A stretch of DNA of 35,763 nt from NCBI GenBank assembly GCA_046290225.1, contig JBKAGE010000072.1, positions 1-35,763 of the forward strand, in the 5' to 3' direction. Of the stretch, positions 1-11,980 are shown piece after piece (positions within the stretch are counted from its first letter, which is position 1; every line of letters starts with the position of its first letter). The notes below the pieces were generated by a model. The model had not been told where the DNA came from, did not search any database, and was given only the letters and a program-made list of their open reading frames with translations. Origin of the DNA: Bradymonadia bacterium (GTDB lineage Bacteria > Myxococcota_A > Bradymonadia > UBA7976 > UBA1532). The position numbers and the translations under genes are program-made.

Positions 1-82
1 GCACCTCCAAGAGTTGTCCTGGTTTGGCTTGTCCTCCGCTACACCACAAAACCTACCCTCAAAAGGGGGGTTGCGAATTGAT

Positions 83-120
83 AGAGAGTCCGTGCCCGTG
101 CCCGTGCCCGAAAACTCTCT
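83..120. repeat. Solo copy of the hexanucleotide-repeat element: AGAGAGT-(CCGTGC)x3.5-GAAAACTCTCT. The same motif (gagagttttc + GGGCAC hexamers) recurs at 18642-18704 and 18876-18938.
   Basis: Direct read: ccgtgcccgtgcccgtgccc at 90-110 flanked by agagag / ctctct arms. It lies about 30 nt beyond the stop (151-153) of the minus-strand gene 151..1041, with the G-rich strand on that gene's transcript. Confidence 0.7.
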
Positions 121-150
121 CAAGGCGTCAGCCGTCCCCCTGAAGCAACC

Positions 151-1037
151 TTAATCCACTAACCAGAACCACAAAGAAGCCAACCCCAACGCCCCCCCAG
201 TCCCCAACAAAATCCGGCTCGTGTTCAATCGGCTGTTCGTCGTGTCGAAGGCCGAGGTGATCTCCGACTCCAGCTCCGGCGAGCGGTTCATCGGATCACT
301 CAGATAACGATCGTATTTCTGCTCGTAATCGTCGTTCGAGCTCAGGGCCATCCCATAGACCACCACCCCAGCCGCCAACGACAGGGCCGCGCCACCCGTG
401 AGCGACCAGGCCACAGTGCGATCAGACTCGGGCTCCGGGGTAGGGGCCACCGCGATCGGCGCGAACAGAATCTCTGCCTCGCTCACCTGGCCAGCCTGCA
501 CAGTGGCTTGAGCCTGAGCGATGCCGCCATCAGGGGCCGTAGCCACGAGGCGATATGTGCCGGGCGTCAGATCCGAGATGGTCGCGCCGCAGGGCAGATT
601 GGTCTGCTCGATGCCCTGCACGGTCACCTGCGCTGGTCCTTGTGGACACACAGTGCGCACGACGCCCAAGCGATCTCGCCGCAGCGCCTGTACCCGATCT
701 CGAACTCGCTGGGCCACCTTCGGCGGCAAAGAGGGCCCCTCGCTGCTCAGGTAGGCCTGCACAGCTGCTCGGGGGCGGCTCAGCTTGTCGAGACAACGCC
801 CGATGTTGAAGCGGATGATCGCCAGCTCTGCAGCGCGCTCTGGCATATCTTCGAGCAGGGGCTCGATGGCCCGATATCCCCGCAGCGCCTCGGCGTAGTC
901 CCGGGCGGAGAAAGCCGCGGCGGCTTTCTCGCCTTCCGAGCGAATCAACGCGTCTCGGGGGTTGGTCTGAGCCGCTGCCATCTGGGCCCACAGCATGACG
1001 AAGCAGAGGGCACAGGCGATCAGGCAGAGGCGTCGAA

Positions 1038-1041
<4 letters not shown>
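151..1041 (-). CDS. Secreted/membrane-anchored protein: N-terminal signal peptide, TPR-like helical segment, PEGA-like beta domain (TVCPQGPAQVTVQG...TPGTYRLVATAPDGG), Pro/Glu linker, C-terminal TM helix.
   Basis: 296 aa ORF. Hydrophobic N-terminus ending in AAAQ, and a hydrophobic stretch near the C-terminus (ALGLASLWFWLV). The start overlaps the upstream kinase stop by 4 nt (1038-1041), implying co-translation with the kinase. Confidence 0.6.
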
Positions 1042-2632
<1,591 letters not shown>

Positions 2633-2636
<4 letters not shown>

Positions 2637-4342
2637 GGGGCCATCATCGCCAGCTGAAGGGCGATGCCCAGCTCCAGGAACGCGTGCTCCACGGCGCGCT
2701 CGAGATGCAGGGCCTCGTCGTCGGCTGCCCTCGCGGCAGCTTCGAGGGCCGCGAGCCGGGTCTCCTGCTCAGCCTCGACGGCGAGATTGGACCGCTGCAG
2801 TTCCAGCAGCTGATGGCGCAAATCGTGAACTTGTTGGTGCACTTCGAGCAGATTCTGACGCACCGCGCGCTGTTGCGCCAGGGCCTTCGCCCGAGCGTCG
2901 CTGCTGGCCCGCATGTCGGTGAGGATCGCTTCGACAGAGGCGCCGAACAGCCCCTCGAGGGCCACAGGCTCTGCCCGTGCAGAGGCCCGGGCCGATTCCT
3001 GGCGCTGAAGCTGCTCGATCTCGCGGTAGGCTCGGATGTAGGCCTGATCGGCGTCGCCGAGCTCGGTGCTCACCTCCATGAGGGCGGTGGACAAGTCGAC
3101 ATAGCGCGCCCGGGCCTGCTCATAGGCTGTGGTGACCCCGTCGATGGCCCGAGAGAGCCTGCGCGTGCGACTCAACAGCGTTCTCGCCGCCTCGTCCGCC
3201 TCTCGACGGGTCTCGTCTCGAGCCTGCAGCTGACTTCGGCGCTCGGCGTCGAGACGGTCGACCTCCTGCAGCTGCGCCGTCAGCTCGGTGGGGATGTATC
3301 CGGGCTTGAAGATACGGGCCACGGTGAGCACCACGTGGCTGCGGAACCGCTGATGATCGGCGAGATCACCCAGGGAGGGCAGGTGCAGATCACCCACCTG
3401 AATGGTGCGGCCCCCGAAGACCAGAGTGGTGTGCTCAAAGGCACCCTTGCCTGCGCCTTCGAGGTGCACCTTCTCCAGAGCCTCGACAAGGGCCTCTGCA
3501 GTCTGAGGCCGGTCAGAAGGCTTCGGCGAGAGCGCTGCTCGAATCACCCTGGCAAGGCCTGCAGGCACAGTATCGGGCAACGCTGGGGCTTCAGTGGCGT
3601 TCGCCGTGGCCAACAGAACAGCCCGTGGCGTGCGGCCTGTAAAGGGCGGGCGGCCGGTGAGGCAGCAATACAGTGTCGCCCCCCAGGAGAAGACGTCACT
3701 GGGGGCCTCGATGTCCTCACCGAGACACTGCTCCGGGCTCATGTATCCCGGCGTGCCGAAGATGAGCCCCTGGGCGGTGTGCACTCGACGCTGGGGGTCA
3801 TCTTTGGACAGCGCCGCGAGACCGAGATCGAGCAGCTTGACCTGCTCTGGCAGGATCCCGTTGTCGCACAAGAAGACGTTGTCCACCTTCACGTCGCGGT
3901 GGCACGCGCCCCGGCGATGAATCGCTGCGAGGCCTCGCGCGAGCTGCCGGCCGATGGCGAGGGTAGCGCTCGGGCTGAGCGGGCCCTCGGCAGAGAGCAC
4001 ATCGCCGAGGGCCTGGCCCGAGAGGCGCTCCATGATGATGTAGATCGAGCGATCGGCCAGCTGACCCCAGTCGTACACCCGCACCACATGGGGGTGATCG
4101 AGGCTGAAGCAGAAGTGGGCTTCTTGTAGGGCCCGCTCAGCTCGCCTGGCTGGGTCGTCTGGGCGGCCAGGGACCACCTTCACCGCCACGGGGTGATCAC
4201 CCCGCCCGCCCGTGAACACACCGCCATAGACCGTGCCGGAGGATCCGGCGCCGAGGACGTCGAAGAGGTCGACGCCAGGCACGTTCGGTGGAGGTGGGTG
4301 GCGCATGGAGAGGGTTATACCGAACCATGCACCGACGTGCAT
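2633..4342 (-). CDS. Hanks-type Ser/Thr protein kinase with an approximately 300-aa C-terminal coiled-coil domain. The six-frame ORF extends to 4666 but the true start is probably ATG 4342 or ATG 4306.
   Basis: G-loop GAGSSGTVYGG, VAVK, HRDVKVDNVFL, DLGLA, GTPGYMSPE. The C-terminal half is heptad-rich Ala/Glu/Arg/Leu. The upstream gene stops at 4347, so a start at 4342 (4 nt after that stop) or 4306 is more plausible than 4666. Confidence 0.75.
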
Positions 4343-4346
4343 GTGA

Positions 4347-5711
4347 TCACGGGCAGCCCTCATCGATGGTGCCGTCGCAGTCCTCGTCCTGACCCTGGCA
4401 GGCGATCTCGCGATCTGCGGGCTGGCCGGGCTCGCAGCTGTCGAAGATGCCCTGAGGACCGCACTGCAGCACGCCTTCACGGGCGCAAGCGCCGATGCCG
4501 CAGTCGGTGACGATCTCCACGTGATCCTCGTCGATCCGACCATCACAGTCGCCGTCGAGGCGATCGCAGAGGTCGTTGGGCAGCGGGTTGCCGGGCTCAC
4601 ATCGGTCCACCACCTCGCCTGCGACGCACCGACGCTCTCCAGTGGCCTGGCAGAACCCGACCCCACACTCGATGAGCGTCACCGGGGCGTCCTCGTCGAT
4701 CTGACCATCACAGTCGTCATCGATGTTGTTGCAGGGATCAGCGGCCTCTCCGCCTGCGGGCTCGCAGATGTTCACCAGCTCGCCATCCGTACAGCGCTGA
4801 GTGCCCTCGTTGACGCAGGCACCGATGCCACACTGGATCACCATGGGCGCGAAGTTTTCGTCGATGCGGCCATCACAGTCGTCATCGATGTTGTTGCAGG
4901 TGGCGTCGTTCGGCGCAGGCTCGCCAGGCATCGCCGAGCAGACAGGGTCAGTGAGGTCAGGCCCGTCACAGCGGAGGATCCCTCGACGCTCACAGGCACC
5001 GACCCCTGTCTGGCAGACCTGATTGACCAGGGCGAAGGCCTCGTCGACCTCACCATCGCAGTCGTTGTCCACCCCGTCGTTCTCGTCGCACCGCTCGGGC
5101 TCTGGCATCCGGGGCTGGGCATCGCAGATGACCATGGTGCCGTCACCATTGCAGATGCGCAGCCCTTCCACCGCGCATCCCCCCGAGCCAGCGGTGCACA
5201 CCTGGCCCACCATGGGGAAGTCTTCGTCGATGAGGCCGTCACAGTCATCGTCGATGCCGTTGCACGTCTCTGCGATGGGTGAGCCTGACTCCGCTCGACA
5301 GATCGGATCCGACTCAGGCTCGTTGGGGTGGCACCTCATGACACCCGGCACGGCGCAGACCCCCTGCCCCACGGTGCACGGCGTATTCAGCTGAGGGTAG
5401 TCCTCGTCAGTACGGCCATCGCAATCGTCGTCGATGTCGTTGCACAGCTCGATCTCCAAACACACCCGGGCATCGGCCTCGGGGTCGAGATCGGGCACAG
5501 GGCCTACGTCACCTGGATTGATGTTGCCGTCAGTGGCGGTAACGCAGCGGTTGGCCACGCAGGCCTGGCCCTCACCACAGACCCCCTCGTCGGGGAAGCA
5601 CTCGGGGATCTCTCCCTCGAAGCTCACGCAGCTGATCACCCCGATGGTGAGGGCCGCGGCCACACCCACAACAGGCAGGTGTCTCGTCAATCGAGGCATG
5701 GACCAGCGCAT
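4347..5711 (-). CDS. Cys-rich repeat lipoprotein carrying about 9 tandem modules of C-N-x-I-D-D-D-C-D-G-x-I-D-E followed by a CxxGxGxC pattern (putative metal-binding MopE-like motif, PF11617 type).
   Basis: Signal/lipobox-like N-terminus (AALTIGVISC). The repeated CNNIDDDCDGRIDE / CNGIDDDCDGLIDE units are read directly. Strong SD AGGAGA sits 4 nt upstream of ATG 5711, which is 10 nt after the stop of the upstream gene. Confidence 0.7.
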   Translation of the reverse strand: MRWSMPRLTRHLPVVGVAAALTIGVISCVSFEGEIPECFPDEGVCGEGQACVANRCVTATDGNINPGDVGPVPDLDPEADARVCLEIELCNDIDDDCDGRTDEDYPQLNTPCTVGQGVCAVPGVMRCHPNEPESDPICRAESGSPIAETCNGIDDDCDGLIDEDFPMVGQVCTAGSGGCAVEGLRICNGDGTMVICDAQPRMPEPERCDENDGVDNDCDGEVDEAFALVNQVCQTGVGACERRGILRCDGPDLTDPVCSAMPGEPAPNDATCNNIDDDCDGRIDENFAPMVIQCGIGACVNEGTQRCTDGELVNICEPAGGEAADPCNNIDDDCDGQIDEDAPVTLIECGVGFCQATGERRCVAGEVVDRCEPGNPLPNDLCDRLDGDCDGRIDEDHVEIVTDCGIGACAREGVLQCGPQGIFDSCEPGQPADREIACQGQDEDCDGTIDEGCP

Positions 5712-5721
5712 CGTGTCTCCT

Positions 5722-8610
5722 CTACTGTCGTCCGGAGAGCGAGAGCATCTTCAGCTCGGCGATGTTCACGCGGTTGAACACCCCGCCGACTCCACCGAGC
5801 CCCCCGGTATACGTCTCGAAGTGCGCAAAACTCGACATATTGATCGCTTGCCCGCCGCCGTCGATGGTCACGCGGTAGGTGTGACCGGCCTCGAGATCGA
5901 CAGGCACGAAGTTGGAGTCTTCCCACCGATCCCACACGCCGAGGTGGGGCATGATCAGATAACCCTCGCCAGCGACGCGATTGTCGGTGAGATCGAAGAC
6001 CTCGAGGCGTTTGACCGAACAGGTCACCCCTGTATTGACCGCACCTGCGCCATTGCCGAAGGTCACCTGAAAGACGTGGGTACCGGTGTATTCTGCCGTC
6101 ACCCCCTCGGCGGTGAGGCTGTGGCCCGGGTCCCCCCAGTTTTCGTAATGGAACCGGCCATGGTTGTTCACGCCCTGGCCGCCGACGTTGCTCAGCTGCG
6201 CGGCGTTGAAAGTGGTGATGCGCTCGAAGCCAGCGCCCCACCAGCAATACGGTGCGCTTCGCTGTCCGGTGTGACCAGAGCGGGTGAAAGTCAGCTCTGC
6301 GCTGTAACAATGGCTCACCGTGTCGCCCTGCGCGGCCTCGTCCACCCAGCTCGTGGTGTCACCTGACACCCCCGAGGCCACCTGCACCCCATCGCGATAG
6401 AGGGTGAAGGTGACATCACCGGGCTGCTCTCCCCCAGCGTTGAAGTTAAGCTGCAAGCCCCCAGGCGCAGCGGACACGCCTTCGATCTCCGGGGGCTGCG
6501 GGGCGAAGTAGTCGCGGTAGTTCTCGGCGGCGTCCACCACGATGATGCTGCTGTCGTCACCGGCGCTGGAGCCCAATGTGATCGTCACAGTGGCGCCGTC
6601 GGGCAGATCCTCAAGGCCCAGCCACGCCTCGGCATCTACAGCGGTGCCGTTCACCTGAACCCCATCGACGCTGAGGATCCCACCGGGGCCGGCCTGAGCC
6701 GGGAGCGCCACCTTCACGATGAGGCTACGCCCTTGCCACGCCAACCCTTCGAGCACCACCTCGTCGGTGGCCCCGAAAAGCTGCTCGCGCATCCAAGCGG
6801 TGACGGCGGGCTTGAACTTGATGCCCAGCGGGCCCTGAGGAGGCGCCCACTGCAGGCCAAAGACCACGTCGTGCACCATCGAGAGGTAACCCGCCACGGA
6901 CCAGAGCTGCCGCTGAGAGTTCACCACCGGACCCGAGGCGTCGCCGTCTGCCACGAAGGGCAGACCCGTGGTGGCCTCGAAGTTCTCCATGTTCGAGAGA
7001 TTGAGGGCCGCGGCCTTCATCATGTTCTGCATGTTGTGATCGAGGGTGGCGGCATGGCCCATGTGGGCTGCGGCCCTGATCCAATAGGCGGTGACGAAGG
7101 GCCACAAACCCCGATTGTGATAAATCGGGATCCACTGCTGCTGGGGCCAGATGACCGGGGGGCCGTACGCTGTGTGAGGGTACTGGTCGAGCATCGAGCG
7201 GGCCTGCGCCGGCGTGGCCACGCCGTGCAGAATCGCCAGAGCCGATCCCAGCAAGTCGAAGTGGCGCGCGGGCGCGCTGTCGAGGCCGGTGGTCACAAAG
7301 GTGGAGTACATGCCCTCTTCAGGCAGGTACAGCCGGGTCTGGATCGCCGACGAGAGCTCATCGGCCCACTGCCCGTACCGCGCAGCCGCAGCATCATCGC
7401 CCTGGGCTTCGGCGAGCTCGGCAGCGAGACGCATCAAGCTCAAATGGCCCACGTTGGTCGACAACGCCTTGGACATGGCGATGTGCACCACGTCACCCTC
7501 GACCCAACGCGGGTAGGACTGCTCTCGCCAGTCGAGGAAGGACTGCTCACCGCGATAGAGACCATCTTCGGGGTCGTAGACCACCGCCCGATCATGCTCG
7601 AGAGTGTTGATGGCGGCGTCGAGGGTCCGGGTGGCGAAGGCGTCACGGGCGGGGCCTTCGAGCCAGGCCAGGGCCGAGCGGGCCCCCATGGACCACACCA
7701 CGCGATCAGAAGAGACGGGGTAGCTGCCCCCGGAGCCGGTGTCCTGCACGATCTGCAAATCACCCCCCTCGCGGCGCTCGGAGAGCTTGAAGTCGAGGGA
7801 GTTCGTCGATCGCACGGGATCCATCATGGCCAACGACAGGTCCACGGCATAGGCGGTGTCACGCGTCCAGACGTAGTTCCACTTGCGGCCGGTCTCGAAG
7901 CAGCCCCCTTCGGGGCACGCCACAGGATCTCCCTCTCGGAAGGCGCCGTCGCGGATGGCGTCGACGGCGTTCTCCTGTACCTCGACCCGGGCGAGGGCGT
8001 AGAGGGCATCAAAGAACGGATGCCCGCTGCGCAGGCGGGGCCCGGGGGCCCCTTCGTCCACACCCCGAGGGCTCAGTGGCAGGGCGTCACGTCGCGGCAA
8101 GTCACTCGACAAGGTGAAGACGCGACGACACGGATCAGCGTCATCGACAGCGAGGCTGGCCTGCCAGGGACCTTCGGTGATCGACTCCGGGAACCAGAGC
8201 CCGTCGGTGGGACCCGTCTCAGGCAGAGCACACGGCCCTGGGGGCACCGCAGCGTCTGGACGACCTGGGCCCATGTCGGGATCACCTGCGCCCGTGTCGG
8301 GCGCATCACCCGCGTCGGGATCACCCATGCCCATGTCGGCCTCGACGGCGCCGCCAGCGCCACCAGGCTCACCGCCTGCACCGCCCACTGCACCCCCAGC
8401 GCCGCCGACCTCACCACCGGCACCACCCATGGCACCACCGGCGCCACCGATCATCACACCACCGGTGCCACCGATGATCCCGCCTCCGCCACCACCGCCA
8501 GCCTGGGCGTCTGGCGACAGCGCGCCGCCGATTTCGTCATCGTCACACGCCGCGAGGGCGGTCAGTGACATGATCAGGGTGAAGCATCGAGGGGCACTCA
8601 ACAAAGGCAT
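5722..8610 (-). CDS. Large lipoprotein with three parts: a Gly-rich low-complexity linker, an (alpha/alpha)6 glycoside-hydrolase-like domain (GH15/glucoamylase-like motif NYVWTRDTAYA) and a C-terminal beta-sandwich carbohydrate-binding-like module.
   Basis: Lipobox LTALAAC. (GGAGG)n tract. The Y-x-W-T-R-D motif resembles the GH15 signature YTWTRDS (recalled from memory, not searched). C-terminal approximately 250 aa are Gly/Thr/aromatic-rich, typical of CBM-like folds. Confidence 0.55.
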   Translation of the reverse strand: MPLLSAPRCFTLIMSLTALAACDDDEIGGALSPDAQAGGGGGGGIIGGTGGVMIGGAGGAMGGAGGEVGGAGGAVGGAGGEPGGAGGAVEADMGMGDPDAGDAPDTGAGDPDMGPGRPDAAVPPGPCALPETGPTDGLWFPESITEGPWQASLAVDDADPCRRVFTLSSDLPRRDALPLSPRGVDEGAPGPRLRSGHPFFDALYALARVEVQENAVDAIRDGAFREGDPVACPEGGCFETGRKWNYVWTRDTAYAVDLSLAMMDPVRSTNSLDFKLSERREGGDLQIVQDTGSGGSYPVSSDRVVWSMGARSALAWLEGPARDAFATRTLDAAINTLEHDRAVVYDPEDGLYRGEQSFLDWREQSYPRWVEGDVVHIAMSKALSTNVGHLSLMRLAAELAEAQGDDAAAARYGQWADELSSAIQTRLYLPEEGMYSTFVTTGLDSAPARHFDLLGSALAILHGVATPAQARSMLDQYPHTAYGPPVIWPQQQWIPIYHNRGLWPFVTAYWIRAAAHMGHAATLDHNMQNMMKAAALNLSNMENFEATTGLPFVADGDASGPVVNSQRQLWSVAGYLSMVHDVVFGLQWAPPQGPLGIKFKPAVTAWMREQLFGATDEVVLEGLAWQGRSLIVKVALPAQAGPGGILSVDGVQVNGTAVDAEAWLGLEDLPDGATVTITLGSSAGDDSSIIVVDAAENYRDYFAPQPPEIEGVSAAPGGLQLNFNAGGEQPGDVTFTLYRDGVQVASGVSGDTTSWVDEAAQGDTVSHCYSAELTFTRSGHTGQRSAPYCWWGAGFERITTFNAAQLSNVGGQGVNNHGRFHYENWGDPGHSLTAEGVTAEYTGTHVFQVTFGNGAGAVNTGVTCSVKRLEVFDLTDNRVAGEGYLIMPHLGVWDRWEDSNFVPVDLEAGHTYRVTIDGGGQAINMSSFAHFETYTGGLGGVGGVFNRVNIAELKMLSLSGRQ

Positions 8611-8690
8611 GGCAACACCAGGGGTCGAGGTGAGGGAGCATCATACAGGCTTCGTCAACGATGAAGCCAAGGCAGGCGCGAAGGCCTGGA

Positions 8691-9878
8691 TCACTGACCA
8701 AGCAGGTAACCCACGAGCAGCATGCCCGTGGAGGTGTTCACCACCGCATCGCTGTCGATGTTGTCGTTGATGTCCAGGACCCCCTGAGTGACGCGTAGCT
8801 CGAGGGTCAACGCGCCGAAGTCCACCCCACCTCCGACGAGCCACCCTGCGTCGAAGCCACTGAAGCTCTCTTCGACATCGGAGAGTTCTGACCCATCAAA
8901 TTCTCCGCTCGCCGAGGTCAGTATGCCTGTGAAGACACCGCCCACCACGAATGGATTGAACTCGAAGTCGCCGAAATTGTAGCGAAACCCAACGGTAGAT
9001 TCGAAGTAGTTGAGACTGACGGAGCCCTCACCAGAGAAGCCGTCGATGGTGAACGTCGACCCTTTCTGCACGTAGCCCAGGTCGAGGATCATGTCGAGGC
9101 TCTCGCCCAGAGGCGTCTGAAGTCTGGCGTACAGTGCCAGGCCGGACTTCGAGTCGTATTCTTCGAGGTCGCTGTCTGTACTCAAACTCGCGGCTGTGAC
9201 GCCTACGAGGAGCGCCGGGCCACCCGCGCGCCTGTTCGACTGGCTCACTGCGGGCTTGGGCTCTGGTTCCGTAGCCGGCTCGGGGTTCGGCTCCGTGACC
9301 GGCTCGGGCTTCGGCTCGGGTGTGGGCTCGGGTTTGGGCTCGACCTTGGGCTCTGGTGCAGGTGCCACCGTGGCCTTCTGAGCGAGTTGAGAGAACATCC
9401 GACGGGCGGCCTGCACCACAGGCTCTTCCAACGTATCCACGTCGGCCGCCGAGGCCCGCTCACTGGCCAGCAGCGCACCATTACCGGTCTCGTACAGCTT
9501 CATGGTGACTTTGAGCTTGCTGCCGAACTTGATGATCTGCCCCGACACCACGAAGTCGGCGCCGACGTTGCGGCCTGTCTCGACCTCGCAGCTGCCTTCG
9601 CAGCTGGCGAGATCGACCCCAGGAGGCAACATCTCAAGGATGTTCTCCCGGGTCATGATCAAGTAGCCCCCCTGGGGCAGCCGGGTGGCCTCGCCGCGGA
9701 CCAGGTCGGGCACATACTTCGCTTCGGGCTCCGTGAGACCGGCGGTGTTGATGAACTCGAGCACGGCGATTTTCTTGCGGCCCTGAGCGTTGGTGGCCGT
9801 CGACAGAGCGACGAGCAACATCAGCGTCGTCCACACACAGGACAGAGTACGATATGGCAAGTTCATGATGTCTCTCAC
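8691..9878 (-). CDS. Outer-membrane protein: signal peptide, CsgG/LpoB-like N-terminal domain (KIAVLEFIN), (PEPK)n Pro-rich linker, C-terminal OMP beta-barrel-like domain.
   Basis: Signal ...ALSTATNAQ. Alternating hydrophobic pattern and aromatic-rich C-terminal 180 aa. GTG start at 9878 or ATG at 9866. Confidence 0.6.
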   Translation of the reverse strand: MRDIMNLPYRTLSCVWTTLMLLVALSTATNAQGRKKIAVLEFINTAGLTEPEAKYVPDLVRGEATRLPQGGYLIMTRENILEMLPPGVDLASCEGSCEVETGRNVGADFVVSGQIIKFGSKLKVTMKLYETGNGALLASERASAADVDTLEEPVVQAARRMFSQLAQKATVAPAPEPKVEPKPEPTPEPKPEPVTEPNPEPATEPEPKPAVSQSNRRAGGPALLVGVTAASLSTDSDLEEYDSKSGLALYARLQTPLGESLDMILDLGYVQKGSTFTIDGFSGEGSVSLNYFESTVGFRYNFGDFEFNPFVVGGVFTGILTSASGEFDGSELSDVEESFSGFDAGWLVGGGVDFGALTLELRVTQGVLDINDNIDSDAVVNTSTGMLLVGYLLGQ

Positions 9879-9938
9879 GGTGAGCCTCGAAGCGGCGGAA
9901 GGCTAGCGTGTTGACGCCATGAGATAAAGGGCTCGCCC

Positions 9939-11282
9939 TTGACCTGCACCCGATTCACAGGCACACCCACAGCCATGTGTGTGCGTCATCTCGTCTTCGC
10001 CTTGCTCTTCACCGTGATGCCCGCCCTGGCCTGGGGGCACTCGGGCGGCGCCGCTTCGCCTGATCTGGTGGTGGCCTATCAGCTGAGCGCAGGTCGGGTG
10101 CAGCTGGGCTTGAATCTGCCTCCCAAGGTGCTCTCGGCCATCACGGAAGGGCGCCCGGGCACCCCCGAAGATGGCTGGGATCTAGGCGCTCCACTTGATC
10201 TCGAAGCCCAAAAGGCCCTCTTCGCTCAGCTCAGCGAGCTCATCGCCACCGAGAACGCCATCCATGCTGACGGCGCAGCGCTCAAAGGCACTCTGAGCCA
10301 GCTGACCCTGGTGCACGACCTGCCTCATGCCCGCCTCGACGACTTGCCCAAAGCGCCGAACGTCGCGCTTCACAGCAGCCCGTGGCGCGCGGTGCAGTTG
10401 CGGGTGGACTACCCCTACACCGGTGGGGCGCTGACCTTCGCCTGGACGCTGAAGCAAGTCTTCCCGGGGCCCACGACCTCACCGAAGGGACGACCGATCC
10501 CGCCTCGGGGGATCCCCGCGACCCTCTACCCAGGGGGAGACGCTCAGCCGATCCCATTCACGTTCACCGCTGAGGCACCGAGCTTCTCCTGGTCTCCAAC
10601 ACCCACGAAGGCAACAGCAAAAAGCCCCACCAAGGCAGCGGCGAGCACGCCGCCACCTGCAGAGACCTCTTACGCCTTGCCCCTCGCCCTGGGTCTGATC
10701 GCCCTGGTCATCATCGGCTTCGGCGTGGCCCGACGCGCCGTGAGAGTGCCGGCGTTCATGCTCGGTGGCGGTCTGCTCTTCGGGGCTGGACTCACAGGAT
10801 GGGTAAGCATGATGGGCGGTGGCCCCATGGGCCCCGAGGCGGCCCGTACACTTTTCGAGGACCTGCACCGGAACATCTACACCGCCTTTGACGCGGACGA
10901 TCCCGACACCGTCTATACGATCCTCGCCAGGAGTGTGGACGGGCCGCTGCTCGACACGGTCTATACCGAGGTCTATCAGAGCCTGATCTTGAAAGAAGAC
11001 GGCGAGGTGCGGACCGAGATCACCGAGGTCGATCTACAAGAGGCGGTCATCCAGCCTGATGAGCCCGCGGAGCCAGGAGGCTTCGTCGTCAAGGCCCGCT
11101 GGAAGGTCACCGGCGAGGTCTCTCACTGGGGCCACGGCCACCGGCGGGTGAACCAGTACTCCGCGCTCTACACCGTGGCACCTCGCCCCGACGGCTGGCG
11201 GCTCGTGGCCACCGAGCTGCTCGACCAGACCCGGGAGACGGTGGACATCAACATCGAGCCCGCAAAGCACAAGGGCCACTGA
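9939..11282 (+). CDS. Membrane protein of unknown function (signal peptide, periplasmic domain, two TM helices, His-containing C-terminal domain). First gene of the ABC transporter gene set.
   Basis: 447 aa. TM segments LPLALGLIALVIIGFGV and FMLGGGLLFGAGLTGWV. C-terminus HWGHGH...HKGH. The stop overlaps the start of the ABC ATPase gene by 1 nt (TGATG). Confidence 0.55.
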   Translation: MTCTRFTGTPTAMCVRHLVFALLFTVMPALAWGHSGGAASPDLVVAYQLSAGRVQLGLNLPPKVLSAITEGRPGTPEDGWDLGAPLDLEAQKALFAQLSELIATENAIHADGAALKGTLSQLTLVHDLPHARLDDLPKAPNVALHSSPWRAVQLRVDYPYTGGALTFAWTLKQVFPGPTTSPKGRPIPPRGIPATLYPGGDAQPIPFTFTAEAPSFSWSPTPTKATAKSPTKAAASTPPPAETSYALPLALGLIALVIIGFGVARRAVRVPAFMLGGGLLFGAGLTGWVSMMGGGPMGPEAARTLFEDLHRNIYTAFDADDPDTVYTILARSVDGPLLDTVYTEVYQSLILKEDGEVRTEITEVDLQEAVIQPDEPAEPGGFVVKARWKVTGEVSHWGHGHRRVNQYSALYTVAPRPDGWRLVATELLDQTRETVDINIEPAKHKGH

Positions 11283-11980
11283 TGCGCGAGAATCACTCCG
11301 GGCACACGCTGAGGCTGCGCGGTGTGAGCTTGCGCCATCAGCCCGTGGGCGCTGGCGCGCCCTTTACCTTGTCTCTGCCCGATCTCGAGATCCCACCGGG
11401 CGCCCAATGGGCCCTCGTGGGGGCCAGCGGCTCCGGGAAGACCACCCTGCTCTCGCTCGTAGGTGGCGTCTATCGACCCACCACGGGGGAGATCACCCTC
11501 GGCGACTTCGCCCTCAGCGCAGCCTCCGAGGGCGCCCGACGGCGGCACAGGCTGCACACCATCGGCTGGATTCATCAGCAGCTCAGCTTGATCCCCTACC
11601 TCTCGGTCTCCGAGAACATCACCTTGCCCCTGCGGCTCGCGGGGGCCGTGCGTGTGCCCGCCGAGATCCGCCAGCGCGCCCGCGACCTCGCCGAGCAGGT
11701 GGGCTTGAGTCACCGCCTCGGCCACCGACCCGACCAGCTGTCCCAGGGTGAGCGTCAGCGTGTGGCCCTGTGCCGCGCGCTCATCACCCGGCCCGCGCTG
11801 GTCCTCGCCGACGAGCCCACGGGCAACCTCGATCCCACCACCGCCGCCCAGGTGATGGATCTGCTCCAGCAACAAATCAGAGCCCACGGCGCCACCTTGC
11901 TCATGGCCACCCACGATCATGGTCTGCTCGATCGGTTCGATCGCGTCCTCGACGTTCAAGCGCTGGAGGCCCGCACGTGA
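11282..11980 (+). CDS. ABC transporter ATP-binding protein of the MacB/LolD/FtsE type.
   Basis: Walker A GASGSGKTT, signature LSQGERQRV, Walker B LVLADEPTGNLD, H-loop ATHD. Confidence 0.9.
   Translation: MRENHSGHTLRLRGVSLRHQPVGAGAPFTLSLPDLEIPPGAQWALVGASGSGKTTLLSLVGGVYRPTTGEITLGDFALSAASEGARRRHRLHTIGWIHQQLSLIPYLSVSENITLPLRLAGAVRVPAEIRQRARDLAEQVGLSHRLGHRPDQLSQGERQRVALCRALITRPALVLADEPTGNLDPTTAAQVMDLLQQQIRAHGATLLMATHDHGLLDRFDRVLDVQALEART

Noticed and set aside
4521-8770. Plus-strand ORFs 4521..5282, 5434..6366, 6733..8568, 8114..8770 and minus-strand 5687..6310
   Set aside because: They are antisense to, or frame-shifted against, the Cys-repeat and GH15-like genes. Composition is low-complexity.
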